Positions 58,889 through 64,000 of a stretch of DNA of 64,000 bases are shown in pieces. The stretch's first letter is position 1; the number at the start of each line of letters is the position of its first letter. The DNA is from an uncultured Acidobacteriota bacterium (GTDB lineage: Bacteria; Acidobacteriota; Thermoanaerobaculia; Multivoradales; SZUA-115). The DNA is taken from positions 96,001-160,000 of the forward strand of contig CAWDVR010000001.1 of assembly GCA_963805975.1 (NCBI GenBank), in the 5' to 3' direction. The notes beneath the pieces are model-generated. The model was not told where the DNA came from. It saw nothing but the letters and a program-made list of their open reading frames with translations, and did not search any database. Made by a program: the position numbers and the translations under genes.

Positions 58889-60412
58889 CTACCTGAACAC
58901 CCTGAACCACGCCGCGAAGATCTTCTTCACCGTCGGAGTCAGCTTGGTGCGCCGCCAGGCGTCGGCGGCTTTCTTGATGACCTCGATCTCGGTGGGGTAG
59001 GGGTGGATCACGGAGGCGATCTTGCCCAGGCCGATGCGGTGGGTGACGGCGAGGTAGAGCTCGCCCAGAAGGTCACCGGCGTGGTCGGCCACCAGCGTGG
59101 CGCCGAGGATCCTGTCCTTGCCCTTCTCGAGGTGCAGGCGCAGGAACCCTTCGGTGTCGCCCTCGAGGAGGGCGCGGTCGACGCCGGCCATCGGGATGGT
59201 GAGCGTATCGACCTCGATGCCGCGCGCGCGGGCCTCCTTCTCGTAGAGGCCCACGTGGGCGACCTCCGGGCTGGTGTAGGTGCACCACGGCATCACCAGC
59301 CGGCTCGCCTTGCCGCGGCCGAAGAAAAAAGCGTTCTGGAGCACGAGGCGGGCCTGCGCGTCGGCGGCGTGGGTGAACTGGTGCTTCGAGGCCACGTCGC
59401 CGCAGGCGAAGATGCGCGGGTTGGTGGTGCGGAGCCGGTCGTCGACCAGGACGCCGCTCTTGCCGTACTCGACTCCCGCGGCCTCGAGCCCGAGGCCTTC
59501 GACGTTGGGCTTGCGGCCCACGGCGAGGAGGATCTCGTCCACGGTGATCTCGGTGCGGGCGCCGTCTTTTTCGACCCGCAGCACCTTGCCCTCCGCCCGC
59601 CGCTCGACGGCGGAGATCTCGACGCCCAGCGCGAGCTCGATGCCGTCGGCCACCAGCGCCGTCTCGACCACCGTGGCGGCGTCGGGGTCCTCGCGCACGA
59701 GGATCTGTGGCGCCACGTCGAGCAGCGTCACCCGGCTGCCGAAGCGCGCGAAAGCCTGCGCCAGCTCGCAGCCGATGGGCCCGGCGCCGATCACCGCCAG
59801 CCGCCGCGGCAGCTCGGTCAGCCCGAACACCGTCTCGTTGGTGAGGTAGCCGGCCGCGGCGAGGCCGGGCACGGGCAGGTCCGCGGCCCGTCCGCCGGCG
59901 GCGATCACCGCCCGCCGGAAGTGCAGGTGCTTGCCGTTCACCTCGACGCCGTCGGAGGCGATGAAGCGGCCCTCGCCCAGGAACACGTGCACTCCCAGGC
60001 CCGCGAAGCGGCGGGCGCTGTCGTGCACGCTGATCTCCGCTCGCAGGCGGCGCATGCGCTCCATGGCGGCGGCGAAGTCCCCGTCGCCGGAGGCCCGCGG
60101 CGCGCCGAAGCGCCCGGCGCCCGATCGCGCGTCGTGCCAGGCGCGGGCGGCGCGGATCACGCCCTTGGACGGCACGCAGCCGTAGTTCAGGCAGTCGCCG
60201 CCCAGGAGAGCGCGTTCGACGAGCGCCACCTTGGCGCCCAGGCCGGCGGCTCCAGCGGCCGACACCAGGCCGGCCGTGCCGCCGCCCACCACCACCAGGT
60301 GATAGCGCTCCAGGGGCTCGGGCTCGGCCCAGGCCGCGGGATGGACGTTGGCCAGCAGCCGCAGGTTGTGCTCGTCGGCCGGCGAGATTTCCGGGGCGGA
60401 GCTCTCAGGCAT
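58889..60412 (-). CDS. Pyridine nucleotide-disulfide oxidoreductase, mercuric-reductase-like
   Basis: GGGTAG, GGDCLNYGCVPSK, GAGPIG, HPYPT. No C-terminal Cys-Cys. Confidence 0.88.
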   Translation of the reverse strand: MPESSAPEISPADEHNLRLLANVHPAAWAEPEPLERYHLVVVGGGTAGLVSAAGAAGLGAKVALVERALLGGDCLNYGCVPSKGVIRAARAWHDARSGAGRFGAPRASGDGDFAAAMERMRRLRAEISVHDSARRFAGLGVHVFLGEGRFIASDGVEVNGKHLHFRRAVIAAGGRAADLPVPGLAAAGYLTNETVFGLTELPRRLAVIGAGPIGCELAQAFARFGSRVTLLDVAPQILVREDPDAATVVETALVADGIELALGVEISAVERRAEGKVLRVEKDGARTEITVDEILLAVGRKPNVEGLGLEAAGVEYGKSGVLVDDRLRTTNPRIFACGDVASKHQFTHAADAQARLVLQNAFFFGRGKASRLVMPWCTYTSPEVAHVGLYEKEARARGIEVDTLTIPMAGVDRALLEGDTEGFLRLHLEKGKDRILGATLVADHAGDLLGELYLAVTHRIGLGKIASVIHPYPTEIEVIKKAADAWRRTKLTPTVKKIFAAWFRVFR

Positions 60413-61130
60413 CGTTCTTCTCGCTCTCGGGCACCGCTCCCCGCAACGCGTTTCGCGCCAGGCGGGTGATGAGCGCCGTCACCACCACCAGCGCCACCAG
60501 CCCGACGGCCAGGAGCGCCCACTCCGCCGGGCTCTTGCCACCCTGGGCGGCTTCTTTGCCCACCATGCCGAGGTAGACGTAGAGCGCCGTTCCCGGCAGC
60601 ATGGCGAAGCCGGCGAGAAGGTAGGGCACGAAGCGGACGCTGGTGAGGCCGAGCGCGTAGTTGAGCAGGTTGAAGGGGAAGATCGGTGCCAGGCGGAGCA
60701 GGGCCACGATCTTCCCGCCCTCGGCGCCGACCGCGCGGTCGATGCTGCGAAAGCGGGGCTGCGCGGCGAGCCTCTTCTCCACCCAGGAGCGTGCGCCGTA
60801 GCGCGCGATGAGAAAGGCCGCCGCCGAGCCCAGGAACGCGCCGCAGAAGGCGTAGAGCGTGCCGCGCGCGAAGCCGAAGATCACGCCGGCGGCGAGCGTC
60901 AACGCCGAGCCGGGGATGAAGGCCACGGCGGCCACGGCATAGCCGGCGATGAAGGCAAGGGGCGCCCAGATCCCCAGCCCCTTCACCCAGGCCTCGAAGC
61001 GCGGCAGGACCTCGCCCGCGGCCTCACGGCCGAAGAGAATCAGGACCCCGAGCACCGCGACGGCCAGGGCCAGCTTGAGGAGGACCGCGGCGCGCGAGCG
61101 TGGAGGCGCCGGTCGGGCTCGAGCGTCCAT
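60405..61130 (-). CDS. TVP38/TMEM64 (DedA superfamily) membrane protein
   Basis: PGSALTLAAG.IFG, LLRLAPIFPFNLLNYALG. Confidence 0.92.
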   Translation of the reverse strand: MDARARPAPPRSRAAVLLKLALAVAVLGVLILFGREAAGEVLPRFEAWVKGLGIWAPLAFIAGYAVAAVAFIPGSALTLAAGVIFGFARGTLYAFCGAFLGSAAAFLIARYGARSWVEKRLAAQPRFRSIDRAVGAEGGKIVALLRLAPIFPFNLLNYALGLTSVRFVPYLLAGFAMLPGTALYVYLGMVGKEAAQGGKSPAEWALLAVGLVALVVVTALITRLARNALRGAVPESEKNDA

Positions 61131-61153
61131 GGCGGGCCCGTCTCGAAAGGCTC

Positions 61154-62737
61154 TCAGGCCTGGTGCTCGGGGCGCAGCAGGTCGAGCACCGTCTTGACCG
61201 GTGCGAAGGTCTCGGCCGGCACTTCGACCAGCACCGTGTGCCAGCCGGCCATGCCACCGTTCCACAGGCCGGGGTGCTCGAGCGCCTTGAGCGTGCGGTC
61301 GCCCAGGGTCTTGGTGGCGACGATCGCCGTGTCGGCGTCCACGAAGCGGCCCAGGTCGTAGGGGCGGCCGTGGCGATCGCGCATCGCGCACACCAGGTCG
61401 ACCGGGTTGAAGTGGGTGGCCCGCGCAAAGATCGCGGCCTGCTCCGCGTCCTCGGCGTCGACCTGGGCGCTCTCGACGATCTGCAGCGAGAGCCGGCCGC
61501 CCCGGCCTTGCACCCAGAAGGGGCCGCCCCCGGGCTCGCCACGGTTCTCCACCATGCCGCAGACCCGCAGCGGCCGGTCGAGCAGGGCGTGGAGAGCGGC
61601 GCGGCCCGCCTCTCCCGCGGGCAGGGGCTCGAGGTCAAGGCCCAGCCGCTCGCGGGCGAAGGCTTGGGCACGGGCCACCGCATCGCCGTCGCCGCCGGTT
61701 TCGAGCGCCTCCAGGTGGGCGAAGAGCTCGTTCCGGATCTCGATCAACAGCCCCGCGAGAAGCTTCTTCCAGCGCGCGACGGTGGGGAGGAAGCGCTGGG
61801 GGAGCACGTTGTCCACGTTCTTGATGAACACGAGATCGGTGCGGGCCTCGAGGCCCGCGGCGCGCTCGAGGTTGCCGAGGAGAGCGCCGTGACCTCCCGG
61901 GCGGAAGAGCAGCGAGCCGTCCTCCAGGCGGAAGGGGCGGTTCTCGACGTCGACGGCCAGAGTGTCGGTGGCCGGCTCCTGGTGAGAGAAGGAGACGGCG
62001 AGGCCGTGCCCGACCCGCGATTGGATCGGGCCGAGCTGGGCCGCGAACCGCTGCCGCTGCTCGGGAGCCACGGTGAAGTGCAGGCGGCTGGTGCCGGACC
62101 GGTCGCGCACGTAGGACGCCGCCTCGGCGAGGTGCTGCTCGAAGGCGGTCCGCAGGCCGCCCGGCTCGCGGTGGAAGGTGACGAGCGCCTTCGGCAGGTT
62201 GCCGTAGTCGAGACCGACGCGGTTCAGGAGGTGGGCGAAGATCGGCGCGTAGTCGCCGTCCGTACGACACGAGGTGAGCGACAGCCCGGAGCGCGCCATC
62301 GCCGTCGCGAGCTCGGAAGCGAAAGCAAAGCGGTCCAGGCGCTCGACCAGGGTCAGAACCTCGGCGGCGGCCGCGTCCCCCTGCTTGGCGGCGGCCTCGA
62401 GCGGCGCGCGGCGCAGGCGCTTGCGGTCGTTCGCCGCGGCCAGCGCCAGCGCCGCCTGGAACATGCGGGTCGCGGCGCCCGAGGCCGGCACGAACTTCAG
62501 GCCTCGGCCCTCCTTGGCCACCTCTTCTGCGAGGGCCACCAGCCGTTTCTCGTCCCCGCTCGGGATGCATCGGATGCCGTCCTCCAGGGTCGCCGGCCGT
62601 GCCAGCCGGATGGGCCGCGGCGGCTCGGCGAGCCGCGCGAGCTGCTGCTCGGCCGCGACGAGATCCATGCCGCGGGCCGCGATCTGTTCCCGGTCGGCCA
62701 CCGTCAAGCCCGTTGCCACGATCGAGGGATCAGCCAT
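61154..62737 (-). CDS. DUF4301-family protein (putative nucleotidyltransferase fold)
   Basis: [36 protein letters not shown]...[36 protein letters not shown]. Confidence 0.88.
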   Translation of the reverse strand: MADPSIVATGLTVADREQIAARGMDLVAAEQQLARLAEPPRPIRLARPATLEDGIRCIPSGDEKRLVALAEEVAKEGRGLKFVPASGAATRMFQAALALAAANDRKRLRRAPLEAAAKQGDAAAAEVLTLVERLDRFAFASELATAMARSGLSLTSCRTDGDYAPIFAHLLNRVGLDYGNLPKALVTFHREPGGLRTAFEQHLAEAASYVRDRSGTSRLHFTVAPEQRQRFAAQLGPIQSRVGHGLAVSFSHQEPATDTLAVDVENRPFRLEDGSLLFRPGGHGALLGNLERAAGLEARTDLVFIKNVDNVLPQRFLPTVARWKKLLAGLLIEIRNELFAHLEALETGGDGDAVARAQAFARERLGLDLEPLPAGEAGRAALHALLDRPLRVCGMVENRGEPGGGPFWVQGRGGRLSLQIVESAQVDAEDAEQAAIFARATHFNPVDLVCAMRDRHGRPYDLGRFVDADTAIVATKTLGDRTLKALEHPGLWNGGMAGWHTVLVEVPAETFAPVKTVLDLLRPEHQA

Positions 62738-63281
62738 AGAGGGGCAGGCGGTCCATGGCGTCGGCGAGAGTCAGCGCCGCTTGGTCGCGGGCCGAGAGCA
62801 GGGGGAGGGCGATCGGCCAGACGATGCCGATCTCGGGGTCGTTCCAGGCGAGCGAGATCTCGTCGGCCGAGTCGTAGAAGTCCGTGCACTTGTACTCGAC
62901 CTCGGCCACGGCGGACAGCACACAGAAGCCGTGCGCGAAACCGGGCGGTACGTAGAGCTGGCTGAAGTCGTCGGCCGAGAGCGTGTAACCCACCCAGCGG
63001 CCGAAGGTGGGGGAGCCGCGCCGGATGTCCACCGCGACGTCGAAGATCTCGCCCACGACGGCCCGCACCAGCTTGCCCTGCGGCTTCCTGAGCTGCGCGT
63101 GCAGCCCGCGCAGCGTCCCCGCCGCCGAGCGCGAGTGGTTGTCCTGCACGAATGGCTCGGCGATGCCGCCGGCGCGGTACCTCTCGGCCTGGTAGGTCTC
63201 GAGAAAGAAACCGCGGGCGTCGCGAAACACGTCCGGCTCCACGAGGATTACGCCGGGCAGGTCGGTGGCTTGGAAGTTCAT
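62730..63281 (-). CDS. rfbC: dTDP-4-dehydrorhamnose 3,5-epimerase
   Basis: DARGFF.E, QDNHS.S, LRGLH, DVAVDIR, GFAHGF. Confidence 0.96.
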   Translation of the reverse strand: MNFQATDLPGVILVEPDVFRDARGFFLETYQAERYRAGGIAEPFVQDNHSRSAAGTLRGLHAQLRKPQGKLVRAVVGEIFDVAVDIRRGSPTFGRWVGYTLSADDFSQLYVPPGFAHGFCVLSAVAEVEYKCTDFYDSADEISLAWNDPEIGIVWPIALPLLSARDQAALTLADAMDRLPLYG

Positions 63282-63297
63282 AGGGTTCTCGCCGCGG

Positions 63298-64000
63298 TCA
63301 GCCGAGCCCGAGCCGCTGCCGCTGGTAGCCGCCGCTCTCGACGGCCTCCACCCAGTCGCGGTGCCCGAGGTACCAGCGCACGGTGGCGGCGAGGCCCGCC
63401 TCGAAGTCGTGCGCCGGCCGCCAGCCGAGCTCGCGCTCGATCTTGGCGGCGTCGATAGCGTAGCGCCGGTCGTGGCCGGGCCGGTCGGCGACGAAGGTCT
63501 TGAGCTGATGGTAGGAGGTGAGGCCGCGCGCGGCGAGCGCGGGGTTGGCGGCGGCCGGGAGCTCGCGCTCGACGAGGTCGCAGAGCATGGTGACGATCTC
63601 GAGGTTGGTGCGCTCGGCACCGCCCCCCAGGTTGTACTTCTCGCCGGGCTCTCCGGCTTCGAGCACGCGGAGCAGCCCCCGGCAGTGGTCCTCGACGAAG
63701 AGCCAGTCGCGCACGTTGCCGCCGTCGCCGTAGATCGGCAGCGGCTTGCCCTGCGCCGCGTTCAGGACCATCAGCGGGATCAGCTTCTCCGGGAACTGGT
63801 AGGGGCCGTAGTTGTTCGAGCAGTTGGTGGTGAGCACGGGCAGCCCGTAGGTCTCGCCATAGGCCCGCACCAGGTGGTCGGCCGCGGCTTTCGAGGCGGA
63901 GTAGGGCGAGCTCGGCGCATAGGGCGTGGTCTCGCTGAAGGCGCCGGTCGGCCCCAGGGAGCCATAGACCTCGTCGGTCGAGATGTGGAGGAAGCGGAAG
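63298..64000 (-). CDS. rfbB: dTDP-glucose 4,6-dehydratase, 5' part beyond the window
   Basis: [43 protein letters not shown]. Confidence 0.96.
   Translation of the reverse strand, partial: FRFLHISTDEVYGSLGPTGAFSETTPYAPSSPYSASKAAADHLVRAYGETYGLPVLTTNCSNNYGPYQFPEKLIPLMVLNAAQGKPLPIYGDGGNVRDWLFVEDHCRGLLRVLEAGEPGEKYNLGGGAERTNLEIVTMLCDLVERELPAAANPALAARGLTSYHQLKTFVADRPGHDRRYAIDAAKIERELGWRPAHDFEAGLAATVRWYLGHRDWVEAVESGGYQRQRLGLG

Noticed and set aside
58889-60412. merA mercury resistance gene
   Set aside because: There is no C-terminal Cys-Cys, no NmerA domain and no merR/T/P.

Overview
High-GC bacterial chromosome window. The Acidobacterial-type VWA proteins and the PadR/ADOP-permease pair point to Acidobacteriota, possibly Thermoanaerobaculia (inference). 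(1) 1-20 kb is an accessory cell-envelope and signalling region: two VWA proteins, an ECF sigma factor with a Ser/Thr kinase and a TPR-like protein, two large secreted proteins (one ELWxxDGT-repeat) that converge tail to tail and each end in two copies of the same ~110-aa Cys-led domain, a FadL/PorV-like outer-membrane protein, two MFS transporters and an acyltransferase. (2) 20.1-40.3 kb is one continuous str-S10-spc-alpha ribosomal cluster (rpsL to rplQ, including fusA, tuf, secY, adk, map, infA and rpoA), preceded by two tandem sigma70 promoters and a long leader. (3) 40.4-64 kb is mixed housekeeping and accessory: SspB, SMUG1, PadR/ADOP, gnd-zwf-glk-pgl, an M50 peptidase, an apparently deleted TonB receptor with an upstream leader-like ORF, glnA, Uma2, GNAT, a two-component system, a MerA-like reductase with TVP38, DUF4301 and rfbC/rfbB. 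Three REP-like palindrome doublets overlap gene 3' ends. I found no rRNA, tRNA, CRISPR array or transposase. All family calls are from motif recognition by eye; no searches were run.
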